From positions 76,905,178 to 76,969,177 of the forward strand of contig NC_068987.1 of NCBI RefSeq assembly GCF_001194135.2: a stretch of 64,000 nt of DNA, given 5' to 3'. Source of the stretch: Octopus bimaculoides. Its lineage: Eukaryota. A program made the position numbers and the translations under genes. The notes beneath the pieces are model-generated. The model ran no database searches and was not told the DNA's origin. It was given only the letters and a program-made list of their open reading frames with translations. Below are positions 49,761 to 62,890 of the stretch, in pieces. Each line of letters starts with the position of its first letter. Position 1 is the first letter of the stretch.

Positions 49761-51944
49761 TCCCTGTTTTTACCTCAAGCTTTCATCCAATACACAAATA
49801 ATCTACATAGCTCACAAGCTCTGTCCACCTCAGTTTCCTCCATTCAATCATTTCAGAAAAAAATGTTAAATGATTATTTCCTTGCAGTCATTTTTATATC
49901 TTGCAATTGCTTCATGAACTAAATACACTTTTTAAGAGAGACAATACAGCAGAAAATGGCAATGTGCTTTATGGAAGTAAACGAGTTCAAAAACTAAATA
50001 AGTATTTTGATCTATTAAATGTTTCTTCCATTTCGATGTTGTTTCACCTTCTTTTCTTTAATTCTTTCATGCACATATACCTATATGTCAAGGAAGCAAA
50101 ATATTACATATTCTAAATATAATACAATTGGTTATGTACTTGTGACTATAAAAGCTGTAATGGGAATAGGAAGAGGAGGAGGACTATAGTTCTTGTCAAA
50201 TGATGATGACAAGAGATAAATGGAAAGGCATAGACAACATGATATACGGAACGATCTAGAGGTCCCTTTTAGCATTTAAATTATATATATATATATATAA
50301 TTTTGTTCTTTATTCATTTGGTGTGTGTGTGTGTGCATGCGTTTGCACATGTGTGTCTGTGTGCATATGTATGTGCACATGTGCGTGTGCTTGTGTGTAT
50401 GTATATGTATATACATATATGCATGTGTATATATATATAGATAGATGGATGGATGGATGGATGGGTGGATGAATGGATGGATGAATGGATGGAAAGACAG
50501 ATGGATATACATATACATATACACACACACATATATCTTTATATATGTATATGCACATATATTCATCTGTATGTGTGCATACATACATATATATTCAATA
50601 GGCTTCTTTTAGTTTCCATCTATCAACTCAATTCACAAAGTTCTTTTTTTTTCAACCTAGGATAAAAGAAAAAGACACTTGCCCAAGGTGCCAGAAAGTG
50701 GAAATGAACCTGAAAACACTCGACTGGGAATTGAACTTTTTAATCACACACTCATGCTCGCACCAGAGTGTACTGAAGAAACATGAAATAAACTGCCTTA
50801 CTTAAAGACCTAATACACTACCCAGTCTGGGAATTGAACCTCTGACATTAAAATAATGAATCCAACAGCCTAATCACTGAGCTACATGCCTGTATTAGCA
50901 GTGTTTATTTTTATCAATTGAGACTGAATTATCCTGTAGGCTCAATGCAGACTTTAAATTTAATACAGCAATTCAAGTGTCGATTATTCAACTACACGCT
51001 TTTCTTTCTCGGCGAAATTGGTCATATGCCTATTCTAAAGAATCCATTATGTCCCGATACGTTATTGCATTACCATAAAAGAAGAAAATAATATTTTGAT
51101 TATCTTGAAATAATCACTGAAATCAAAGAGAATGTGTAATAAAGTCGTGACAGCAGCAGTTACTTCAAATGTTGCATTGACATGAAAATATCCAGCCAAA
51201 TGTCTTACAAAGAATTTTCACAACACATAAACATTTTTTTTAACAATCTATGCTATAAAAAAAAAAATCTTCTGCTGTTACATACCCTCCATTTTCCACC
51301 CACTCACCAGAATATTGGTGTATCAGTTTCTCCCAAGATCATTTGTCTTGAAAGAGAATTTGGTTTTAATTAAATTCTTTATGCAATAAGACACAAAACT
51401 CACCAAGAACATCATTGTCTTTTCAAGGTGGGATGTATTTTTGAAGGAGAATATTGGTTTTACTTGCGGTGGAATACATAACAGAATTGGATGTGGAACT
51501 CTTGCAGAACTTGTTGTTGTAGGTGGTGAGGAATATTAGAAATAACTTTAGATAATTAAATAAGCAGTCGTCCACAACCAGTGACAAATTAACTGTGGTT
51601 GAACAAATTAGTAACAGTCGAAGATGAGGTGGTCCTGATATTCTTTAAAATACTATGATTTGTCATTTATTTTATTATATTATATTTCTTTTCTTTTCTT
51701 CATTCTTTTAGCCACAAGATATTGTGAGCAGACTTAGAACATGTTCTTTGAAATAAAAACTGTTAATGCAAAAGTTATCAATATTTGAATTGGCATTATG
51801 CACAGTAGGAAAACTTTTTTGGCTTTTCAAGATAATATTGCAATCTTTTTATATTAACAAGTTACTCTATATGTTCAAGATATATATATATATATATACA
51901 TATATATANNNNNNNNNNNNNNNTATATATATATATATATATAT

Positions 51945-52815
51945 ATGCTTTCATTCTTTTACTTGTTTCAGTCATTTGACTGAGGCCATGCTGGAGTACT
52001 GACTTAAAGGGTCTTTTAGTCGAAGACATTGACCCCAGGATTTATTCTTTGTAAGCCTAGTACTTATTCTATCAATACCTTTTGCTGAACTGCTAAGCTA
52101 CAGAGATGTAAACTCACCAACATCGGTTGTCAAGTGATTGCAGTGGTGCAAACACAGACACAAAGATACACACACATAAATACATGCTGAGACCCCCTTC
52201 GATCATGACTGACCATGGGATTGCACTGAGAAAGTTACCCTCCAAGGCACAAGTCTGGGCAAGGTTGTTTATGGAAGACCAGCAGTCGCCCATGCATACC
52301 GGTCTTTCCTCTCCACGCCACCAGTGTTATCCAAGGGAGAGGCAAAGGTCGATACAGCTTGGCACCTGTGACATCGCAACTCATTTCTACAGCTGAGTAA
52401 ACTGGAGCAACGTGAAATAAAGTGTCTTGCTCAAGAACACAACACACAGCCCAGTCTGGGATTCGAACTCATAGCCTCACGATTGTAAACTCGATGCTCT
52501 AATCACTGAGCCATGCTCCTTCACATACATAAATACATACATACAAGCAAAATAATTGAGAATCAGTTGAATTTGGTACCTAAGTTGCCAAGCAATGGTG
52601 GGGGGACTAACACAGACACACAAACACACATACATATATATATATGCATATATACGACAGACTTCTTTCAGTTTCCTTCTACCAAATCCACTCACACGGC
52701 TTCGGTCGGCCTGAGGCTATAGTAGAAGACACTTGCCCAAGGTGCCATGCAGTGGGACTGAACCCGGAACCATGTGGTTGGTAAGCAAGCTACTTACCAC
52801 ATAGCCACTCCTGCG
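51945..52815 (-). mobile_element. SINE A pieces (51945-52185, 52575-52815) around a SINE G insertion
   Basis: Direct match to family A. Confidence 0.85.
52186..52526 (-). mobile_element. tRNA-headed SINE family G (same CORE-like domain as F, different tail)
   Basis: Reverse complement GGAGCATGGCTCAGTGATTAGAGC...GAGTTCGAATCCC...GTGTTCTTGAGCAAGACACTTTATTTCACGTTGCTCCAG. A 12-bp TSD ACATAAATACAT lies at 52174-52185 and 52527-52538. Confidence 0.85.
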
Positions 52816-53063
52816 CCTATATATATATAAATATATAGATATATGCATATATCCATACATATATGTATGTACCTACACTATAGATCAAATTACAGCAGAT
52901 TTAGAAATCCAGGCAGTTTCTTTGGCCGGCGCCTTTGAAAATACCAAGTACCAGAATGTAAGAGTCAGAAGCGATGCTACAAAGCATTTTGTCCTGCATG
53001 GTAACAATTCTACCAGCTCACTGCCTTCATAATAATAATAATAACAATAACAATAATAATAAT

Positions 53064-53105
<42 letters not shown>

Positions 53106-53491
53106 CATAATAATGATGGTGATGATGATGATAATGCATCAAATCTGAAAATTCTCTTAAACTTTAATGAGTGTTTAAGGTTAATGATTAGTTATAGTTT
53201 CCTGACATTAAGGAGACAAGAGACCAAGCTTCTTATAGACAGAACGCCAGTTTATAATAGGTAATCTATGCAGGTGATCTGTTATGTGAATTAATTGCAT
53301 TGTCCAATATCTTATCCAGTCCAACAGCTAATCTACCCCTCCGCCAGTACCCACTGTATTCACCCCAAGTCAATGAAGTGAGTTCCTGAAGCACACAAAC
53401 AAACGAAAGAAAAGATTTTAGAAAAAAATAGCAGCTGAATTAGTTGTAAAACATCAACTTTACAAATTAGATAACAAATATATATACATAT

Positions 53492-54100
53492 AGGCACAGA
53501 CGCAGCTGTGTGGTAAGTAGCTTGCTGACCAACCACAAGGTTCCGGGTTCTGTCCCACTGCGTGGCACCTTGGGCAAGTGTCTTCTACTATAGCCTTGGG
53601 CTGACCAAATCCTTGTGAGTGGATTTGGTAGACGGAAACTGAAAGAAGCCCGTCGTATATATCTATATATATGTGAGTGTTTGTGTGTGTGTGTGTGTGT
53701 TTGTGTGTGTGTGTTTGTCTCCCTGCCAACATCACTTGACATGCAATGCTGGTGTGTTTATGTCCCCGTAACTTAGCGGTTCGGCAAAAAGAGACCGATA
53801 GAATAAGTACTAGGCTTACAAAGAATAAGTCCTGGGTCGATTTGCTCGACTAAAAAAAATGGTGTGCTCCAGCATGGCCACAGTCAAATGACTGAAACAA
53901 GTAAAACAATAAAAGAATATCAATATATACAGGTGCTGGCATGGCTGTGTGGTTAGTAGCTTGCTTACTAACCACATGGTTCCAGGTTCAGTCCCACTGC
54001 ATGGCATCTTGAGCAAGTGTCTTCTTCTATCGCCCCAGGCCAACCAAAGCCTTGTGAGTGGATTTGGTAGACGAAACCTGAAAGAAGCCTATTGTATATA

Positions 54101-54140
<40 letters not shown>

Positions 54141-54350
54141 TGTGTTTGTGTTTATCCACCACCACAGCTTGACAATCTATGTTGATGTGTCTACACCCCT
54201 GTAACTTAGCAGTTCAGAAAAAGAGACCGATAGAATAAGTACCAAGCTTTTAAAAAATATGTACTGGGGTCAATTTCATTCAACTAAAAGTTCTTCAAGG
54301 CAATGCCCCAGCATGGCCACAGTCTAATGACTAAAACATGTTAAAGAGGA
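53492..54350 (+). mobile_element. Two tandem full-length SINE family A copies (53492-53916, 53931-54350)
   Basis: Direct match to family A. Confidence 0.92.
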
Positions 54351-54584
54351 AAGGTAAAAGATATTCAATGTACGGAAGAATCAGTAGAGTGTCGAACAAG
54401 ATGCATTATCATATTTAGCTACACCTCTATGTTCTGAGTTCAACCCTTGTCTGGGTCACCTTTTCCTTTTATTCTTCTGAGAGCAATAAAACAAACATTA
54501 GTAAAGAATTGTCTGTGCAATATAATTGACATAACCTTAAAATATGGAACCCCAGGATAGCTATTGTCCAATGAATGATATTAA

Positions 54585-54808
54585 CCCATTAGTGCCCAAA
54601 TTTTTTAAATTTAATTTATTACCAAAGATCTTTTTTCTTTTACAACTTAATACTAAACATATAGGAAAATCTTTATTACAATATTTGAAAGACACTCCAG
54701 TCTTAATTATTAACTAAAGATATCTCAGGAAAAAAAAAAATAGGCATTGCAGAAATATGATGGATTATCCTTCTGGTCCTAAAAAAAAGGACCATGGGTG
54801 CTAATGGG
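54585..54808. mobile_element. piggyBac-like MITE
   Basis: TTAA|CCCATTAGTGCCCA...TGGGTGCTAATGGG|TCAA. Confidence 0.7.
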
Positions 54809-54959
54809 TCAATAAAAGAACATATTTGAAAACCTCATCAAACCCATTCTAAGCAGAAGAAGATACATTAAATACATTGTTTTTCTTTTAATTTCCTAAT
54901 TGAGTAGCAAACAAAGAATATTGCCCTTATTTATAGATTTTATTCTTTACTAATTTGAA

Positions 54960-55330
54960 TAGGCATTCTGGTGTATGCCCCACTAAGATTGCCTTTATGG
55001 TATGCACATCAGACATCCCATAAGAGTCCAAAACATCTCCTAGTATGAGCACAAGACCTCAGAGATTTGTGGATAGAGTCCACTCATCTTTACTATTGTT
55101 GCTTAATGCATGGTAGACTTTGCTGACCTCTACTGTCATGCTGAATACTAAGCCATAACAGATGTAATATCTTGGAGACTTCCACACCTTAAAAGAGGAC
55201 AAGAACCACTAGGACAAAAAACGCTAGGACAAAATCTACTCTACACAGATGTTAATGGCAGAGATGCTTCAGAAATTGAGGAACTACCAAAGCTAACAGT
55301 GATCATTGGCAGAGTATGGAAAGCATAACT
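54960..55330 (+). mobile_element. Old RTE-like LINE relic
   Basis: Decayed pieces approximating W..HPTK..LYG, FA...Y.HAE..AITDVI.WRLPHLKRG and YTDV..RDA.EIEELPKL. Confidence 0.45.
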
Positions 55331-56051
55331 TGGTTGTGGCAGCTTAAAGAAAGAACTTTAGAGTCAGTTAGTCAAGCAGATCAGATAACAGACAACCAGA
55401 GAGATGTCAGCATTTCATATCTTGTACTTGGTACTATCTTGCATCAATGATAAAGAACACATGATGTCTCAAATGATCCCTGCCTATCTAACTGTATATA
55501 TGTACCTGAAGACAAAGAACAACTTACCATTCTAGATGGCAGCAACAGCAGTTCGACAGTTTGACAGAGTCCAGAAAGTTCCAGGATTCTGTCATGCTCC
55601 ACTGTAAGCTTTGGCATAGTTTCTACAGCTAGATGCCCTCCTTAATGCCAGCCACTTTATAGAGAGTGTACTGGGTGCTTTTCATCCACTGGCACTAGTG
55701 AGGTTGTAATTGCCAAGTAACTTGCATGACAAGAAAAGAAAAGGGAAACAGAATATGATAACCCCCACCCTCAACTAAGTTGGGGAGAGCATTTGAGAGG
55801 GAAATGAGAGGCAGTAGTTTCATATCAGATGCTGAGAAGCTAAAGTATGACAGAGGGACTAGCACAGATGTCTTACTATAGGGGAAATACATAGATACTC
55901 CACATTATATAGGGGTGCATGAGAGTAGCTGGGAAAAAGATAGAGATAGTGGTCACTAGATACCAGAGCATTTCAAGAGACAATAATGTGAGTATAAGAC
56001 AGAATATAGACAATGGACTGGTGCTGGGGGACTCTCAACCATCACTTAAAG

Positions 56052-56286
56052 CAGTGGTTCTCAACCCTTTTTTGTCTGTGGAGCCTTTGATTCAAATTTT
56101 AGTCTGCTGGACCCCCCATAGTCATTCTTTGTATATACAAAAAGTCTTGCTTTATTCTTAGAATTAAATATTAATAGGAATTCTATTTTAAAAATTGCTA
56201 AATTATTTTATGTATTGTAAAAGTATAAACAATTTATTGCAGATAAATTTTAACATCTTCTATGAACCCCTAGTTGAAAACTGCTG
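56052..56286. mobile_element. hAT (Charlie-like) MITE
   Basis: CAGTGGTTCTCAAC...GTTGAAAACTGCTG gives an 11/14 TIR match. The 8-bp flanks match only 5/8. Confidence 0.6.
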
Positions 56287-56552
56287 ATTGAAACCTTCAA
56301 GAACTGATTGGAACCTTCAAGTTGTAAGCTATACCATTTCTTGTGATTTACTAAAGAGTTTGTATATCTCTTCTACTTTTCTTTTACATTTTTTAACTTA
56401 CTTTTTTGTTATAATTACGTTCTTAATTGCTTCATTTTCTTTGTTAGCTATTATTTAATTAATGGAACATTTCTCAATCAAGAGAGACAGATAATTACAG
56501 ATGGTTATTAGATTATATAAAACTTATTACTTTAAATAGAATGTAAATATGT

Positions 56553-56713
<161 letters not shown>

Positions 56714-56939
56714 CATACATACATACATACATACAAACACACATATGTATATGTATAAATATATACCTATATACATACATATGTATACATATCTACCTAT
56801 AAATACATGCATATTTACATACATATGTGACATATATACATATATATATATATATACATATATGTATATATACATATTTACATGCATACATGCATACAAG
56901 TATACACACATACACACACACACACGCATATATGCAAAC

Positions 56940-57150
56940 ATACTGCCTGACTGGCCTTCGTGCGGGTGACACGTAAAAGCACCCACTACACTCTCTGAGT
57001 GGTTGGTGTTAGGAAGGGCATCCAGCTGTAGAAACTCTGCCAAATTAGATTGGAGCCTGGTGTTGCCATCTGATTTCACCAGTCCTCAGTCAAATCGTCC
57101 AACCCATTCTAGCATGGAAAGCGGACGTTAAACGATGATGATGATGATGA
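56940..57150 (+). mobile_element. RTE-tailed short element (family C)
   Basis: GACACGTAAAAGCACCCACTACACTCTC...GGAAAGCGGACGTTAAACGATGATG. Confidence 0.9.
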
Positions 57151-57223
57151 TATGTATATATGCATGTATGTGTGTTTATCATATACATATATGTGTATAT
57201 GAGATATGTATGTATCTCTTCTC

Positions 57224-57261
<38 letters not shown>

Positions 57262-57886
57262 GGTTTTTAACTTTTAAATTTTCATATTCAAAAGAGACAG
57301 AGACTTCAAACTCGATATATCGATTTATTCACCATTCTATGTTAACATTTCTGTGCCAAACTTATCCAGTGACTGGTNNNNNNNNNNNNNNNNNNNNNNN
57401 NNNNNNNNNNNNNNNNNNNNNNNNNNNNNNNNNNNNNNNNNNNNNNNNNNNNNNNNNNNNNNNNNNNNNNNNNNNNNNNNNNNNNNNNNNNNNNNNNNNN
57501 NNNNNNNNNNNNNNNNNNNNNNNNNNNNNNNNNNNNNNNNNNNNNNNNNNNNNNNNNNNNNNNNNNNNNNNNNNNNNNNNNNNNNNNNNNNNNNNNNNNN
57601 NNNNNNNNNNNNNNNNNNNNNNNNNNNNNNTATATATATATATATATATGCATGTTTGTATATATTCACACACCCACAAAGTAATGTAATATGAACCATA
57701 GCCAGTGGCATAAATAGGTGAGGTCATGACTATGTGGGCATAAAGTGACTTTTTTTACTGCATTGTCTTTAATTCCATCTCGCTTTATGTTACTTGCCTT
57801 TGAACAAGGCTTCTACCATAGCTTAAGCTAACCAATAGCTTATGAGTAAATTCAACAATTCAGAAACTGAATAGAAGCTTATGGTA

Positions 57887-57957
<71 letters not shown>

Positions 57958-59342
57958 GCCTGAAACACAACTGGTTTCTGACCATCTTAACCTTTATTGT
58001 GTCGTTGGTTTTAGAGGTGACTAGCAGACATACCTAGCATTGCTCGGGATTTAAATGGCATAGTTTTTGTATATATGGTACAGTTAAGTTGAAACATGTG
58101 ATACAGGGTAGTATAGCATTGACAACAAAACATTTGTGGAGTAAATGAAGGGCTAATTCGACTAAGTGACATGTCATGTGTCTGTCCAGGCCTTAACCTT
58201 GTCATGAGGGGTATGTGATTTTTGAACACACCAAAAAAGCTCTCAGTGGATATACTCTCCTTTGCGGCTGTTGGCACTGGCACTATCATGTTGAACAATC
58301 AGCAGACATAGGAACTACATCCATGTGATAAATTAAGCCCATGGGCATGCTCAACAGCATCACATGAGAGAAATCTACATGAAAGAAATGACATGGTAAG
58401 GGTGGGGGGATTGGCAAGGAAGCACTTGCAAACAACACTGTCACACGATATTTCAGTTTGGAATCAATAGTCATGTCTCAACTGTGCACTCCTTTGCGTA
58501 AACAGCATGTGACCACTGTGAGAACAACTCAGCTCTCAAATGAAAACAATTCCACATGCAGTGTCAGGGTATGGAAAGTCACATTAAGGACATGGTCTCT
58601 AACAAACGTGGTTGGGTCATGTGACATTGGGTTGCTGGCATGGTTGGGAATGAACAGTTGTGGCTCAACCATGCAGTCCATCATGTAAATAGCATGTGAC
58701 CATTGAGAGGACAACTCTGCTCCCAAACAAAAGCAATTCCGCATGCAGCATCCAGTCATGCAAGGGTACATTAAGGACACAGTCTCTTACTAACATGGTT
58801 GGGTCTTAGACACCATAAATTAGTAGGCTAATGTACATGCGATATTTTGGTTTGTAATCAATAGCTGAAGAATATTTGTATGGGTTTCATCTATGCTTAG
58901 AAGGAAGACTTTGATACTGAAGGTAAAAGAAAATAGTTGAATAGTTTCTCAGGATTTAACTTATTTTAGCATGTTTTTCATAATAAACTTAATGCGTTCC
59001 AAACGGTGTTTACTCCAACTAGTTGCTACCTAGGGTATTACAGGAACAGGTTATTATTGCTACCACTTAAACAATACAGTTTGAAGTCTACATCGGTTCA
59101 TCCATTTAATACAACCTGCTTATATCATTTCAGTAGCTGTTTTTTTCCAGTTTGGAGAAAATCAGTTGCAAACTTCAGAAGTTCTGCAAGTCTACATACG
59201 CACACACATATCCTCGGTTTTATATATATAAATTGCCCTAAAAAGTGAGATCAGCGTGGTGCCCTTTCTCTATTGGCATGAAATCTTGAAATAAAACTGA
59301 ATACTGACATACATGCATACATTCATACATATATATACATAC

Positions 59343-59386
<44 letters not shown>

Positions 59387-59404
59387 TCTCNNNNNNNNNN
59401 ATAT

Positions 59405-59560
59405 ATACACTCTCGGAGTGGTTCGCGTTAGGAAGGGCATCCAGCTGTAGAAACTCTGCCAAATCAGATTGGAGCCTGGTGTAGCTATCTGGTTTCACCA
59501 GTCCTCAGTCAAATCGTCCAACCCATGCTAGCATGGAAAGCGGACGTTAAATGATGACGA
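59405..59560 (+). mobile_element. RTE-tailed short element (family C), 3' half
   Basis: CACTCTCGGAGTGGTTCGCGTTAGGAAGGGCATCC...GCGGACGTTAAATGATG. Confidence 0.9.
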
Positions 59561-59594
59561 TATATATATATATATATATTTACAGCAGAAATTA

Positions 59595-59700
59595 GAGAAA
59601 TCTTAATGAACAGCAATTGACTAACATCAATTATTATGTTTTAATACATATTAAACAATAATAATTGATGTTAGTCAATTGCCGTTGATCAAGATTTCTC
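59595..59700. repeat. 106-bp near-perfect inverted repeat (hairpin)
   Basis: The 41-nt arms 59595-59635 and 59660-59700 differ at 3 positions, and the spacer is also largely self-complementary. Confidence 0.9.
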
Positions 59701-59887
59701 CATTTCCTCCTTAATTTAAATTTGATTCCTGATAAACTCTTGTTTATCTTTGTTCATTGCCTGTATCCTATGAGTATAATATGCTTGCATATGTATGCCC
59801 CGGGTTAACATAGGTAATTTATACTGATAGTATAAACAGATAATGTTATCCCTTAGATGGTTATTCCAGCCTCTAACTCTACTAACC

Positions 59888-59930
<43 letters not shown>

Positions 59931-60696
59931 NNNNNNNNNNNNNNNNNNNNNNNNNNNNNNNNNNNNNNNNNNNNNNNNNNNNNNNNNNNNNNNNNNNNNN
60001 NNNNNNNNNNNNNNNNNNNNNNNNNNNNNNNNNNNNNNNNNNNNNNNNNNNNNNNNNNNNNNNNNNNNNNNNNNNNNNNNNNNNNNNNNNNNNNNNNNNN
60101 NNNNNNNNNNNNNNNNNNNNNNNNNNNNNNNNNNNNNNNNNNNNNNNNNNNNNNNNNNNNNNNNNNNNNNNNNNNNNNNNNNNNNNNNNNNNNNNNNNNN
60201 NNNNNNNNNNNNNNNNNNNNNNNNNNNNNNNNNNNNNNNNNNNNNNNNNNNNNNNNNNNNNNNNNNNNNNNNNNNNNNNNNNNNNNNNNNNNNNNNNNNN
60301 NNNNNNNNNNNNNNNNNNNNNNNNNNNNNNNNNNNNNNNNNNNNNNNNNNNNNNNNNNNNNNNNNNNNNNNNNNNNNNNNNNNNNNNNNNNNNNNNNNNN
60401 NNNNNNNNNNNNNNNNNNNNNNNNNNNNNNNNNNNNNNNNNNNNNNNNNNNNNNNNNNNNNNNNNNNNNNNNNNNNNNNNNNNNNNNNNNNNNNNNNNNN
60501 NNNNNNNNNNNNNNNNNNNNNNNNNNNNNNNNNNNNNNNNNNNNNNNNNNNNNNNNNNNNNNNNNNNNNNNNNNNNNNNNNNNNNNNNNNNNNNNNNNNN
60601 NNNNNNNNNNNNNNNNNNNNNNNNNNNNNNNNNNNNNNNNNNNNNNNNNNNNNNNNNNNNNNNNNNNNNNNNNNNNNNNNNNNNNNNNNNNNNNNN

Positions 60697-60750
<54 letters not shown>

Positions 60751-61266
60751 TGTGTGTGTAAAAATTTTAATTCAGGTGAATATGGTTCTTAAGTTGAGGT
60801 ACCAGAGTTTAGTACGCTTTTAGCCATACAATTTCAAAATAACGTGATTAAAATCAAAATAAGCAACAAGGGTATCCAGAGGTAATACAGCATAATCGTT
60901 TCATGCAACTCCATTAAATTGAACACTGCAATCATTACATCAGTTTAAAATGCAGAGCAATCCTCAGCTGCACAAAGACATAGAATTTAATTAAATTAAA
61001 GCAGATGGACACATTAGTATAATTATACTTAAAATCTCCAAGAAGTTAAGGAGATAGACAAAGAACATGTTGCCTCTACTACAACATAGAAATTGTTATT
61101 ATTATGTTGTAGTTGAGGTATCATGTTCTTTGGCTATTTATTCTCTAGTATTTCAAGATATTTTTATGTAATTTTGGTAAATATATGTTAAAATGAGATG
61201 TCAGCATAATTTTCATTTTTGCATAATTTAGACAACAATATATTCACTGCACCCTGTATATATATA

Positions 61267-61327
<61 letters not shown>

Positions 61328-61474
61328 NNNNNNNNNNNNNNNNNNNNNNNNNNNNNNNNNNNNNNNNNNNNNNNNNNNNNNNNNNNNNNNNNNNNNNNNN
61401 NNNNNNNNNNNNNNNNNNNNNNNNNNNNNNNNNNNNNNNNNNNNNNNNNNNNNNNNNNNNNNNNNNNNNNNNNN

Positions 61475-61516
<42 letters not shown>

Positions 61517-62124
61517 CACGTGTGTATCAGAAAAGGTTGAAGCCATATTGTTTGGCAAATGCAAAATAATATAATCACCATTATATATAGTGCTTCTTTA
61601 TTTATTTATAACTACTACAACTACTACTACAACCACTACCACCACAACCATCACCACCACTACTACTACTGCAGCCACTACTGCAGACGGCTTAGTCTAA
61701 TACACTTTATTTTAGTTGTCAGACAAATTTGAATATCTTAATGTTATGTACAAGCACAGGTCACTGCTTTTTGAGCTTGTCTACATTATCTGCATTTTGT
61801 GAATGATAATTTCGTAATGCAATATTTTTGGCAATCAAATTAGAATGTAACTAGCTTCCTGTTACCCCTGCCCCACCCTCCAATCCACCCTGCCTCCCCC
61901 TTTGTTCTACAAAGTACATTAAAGACATTAAGCATGTCCGAAATTTCTTCAGCTTGTACTCTTTTACCTGCAGGACACTCCTGGATGTTAAATTACAGTA
62001 TACATTGCTTCCATACAGTGATGACCCATCAGCTCTGAATCATTCTCCTAAATGTCTATCGGCTGTCTCCACCCAACACCACCTGCTAATCAAGTTAATC
62101 ATCATTCTCAATTGCTCTTTCAAG

Positions 62125-62310
62125 GCGATGAGCTGGCAGAAACGTTAGCACGCCAGGTGAAATGCTTAGTGGTATTTCATCTGCCGCTACATTCTGAGTT
62201 CAAATTCCGCCGAGGTCGACTTTGCCTTTCGTCCTTTCAGGGTCGATAAATTAAGTACCAGTTACGCACTGAGGTTGATGTAATCCACTTAATCCCCTTG
62301 TCTGTCCTTG
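62125..62310 (+). mobile_element. SINE family B, young copy
   Basis: GGCGATGAGCTGGCAGAAACGTTAGCACGCC...TTCTGAGTTCAAATTCCGCCGAGGTCGACTTTGCC. Confidence 0.9.
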
Positions 62311-62546
62311 AACCTTCATGAGCTTTTAGCTAGAAGCGCCCTGGACCTCATCTACACACAACATATCTTTATCAGGAGCATTCCACTTCTGTCCAACATG
62401 TTTCTTGTGATCTAAGACTACATCATCCAATGTGATTTACCATATTTTAAAGTGTCTAAGGGACCTTTTTTTGTCAAAAATTAGGTTAAAAAGGAATGGG
62501 AGTTTCTTATACATGGATAGTATTATAATCCCTTGCAAAACCTTAC

Positions 62547-62695
62547 ATTAGTTACATTATTTACATTTGACAGATATTTGTCCTCATCTTGTTTGTTGTT
62601 AACACAACGTTTCAGCTGATATACCCTCCAGCCTTCATCAGGTGTCTTGGGGAAATTTCGAACCTGGGTTCTCATACCTAAGGTATTTTTCGATG

Positions 62696-62727
<32 letters not shown>

Positions 62728-62890
62728 GTTATTATTATTATTGTTCAGGTCACTACTTGGAATCGAACTCGGAATCTTGGAGTTAGTAGCCCGTGCTCTT
62801 TACCACTACGCCATATGCCCATGGGCATATGGCGTCAAATGTAAATAATGTAAATAATGTAAATAACTCATCTCTTAAATATAGAACTTA
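62547..62890. mobile_element. Family E palindromic tRNA-head / hammerhead element, right arm internally deleted
   Basis: An 11-bp TSD CAAAACCTTAC lies at 62536-62546 and 62891-62901. There is a complete minus arm, a 28-bp central palindrome and a right terminus like that of the 30-kb copy. Confidence 0.85.
62601..62646 (-). ncRNA. Minimal type-I hammerhead ribozyme motif, core intact
   Basis: Reverse complement GACAC CTGATGA A GGCTG GAGGGTATAT CAGCT GAAA CG TT GTGTT. Stem I is GACAC/GUGUU, stem II is GGCUG/CAGCU, helix III is the loopless palindrome ACGU, and the triplet is GUU. Confidence 0.8.

Noticed and set aside
59381-59414. ATATATACACTCTC duplicated on both sides of a 10-N gap
   Set aside because: This is probably an unmerged contig overlap (assembly artefact).
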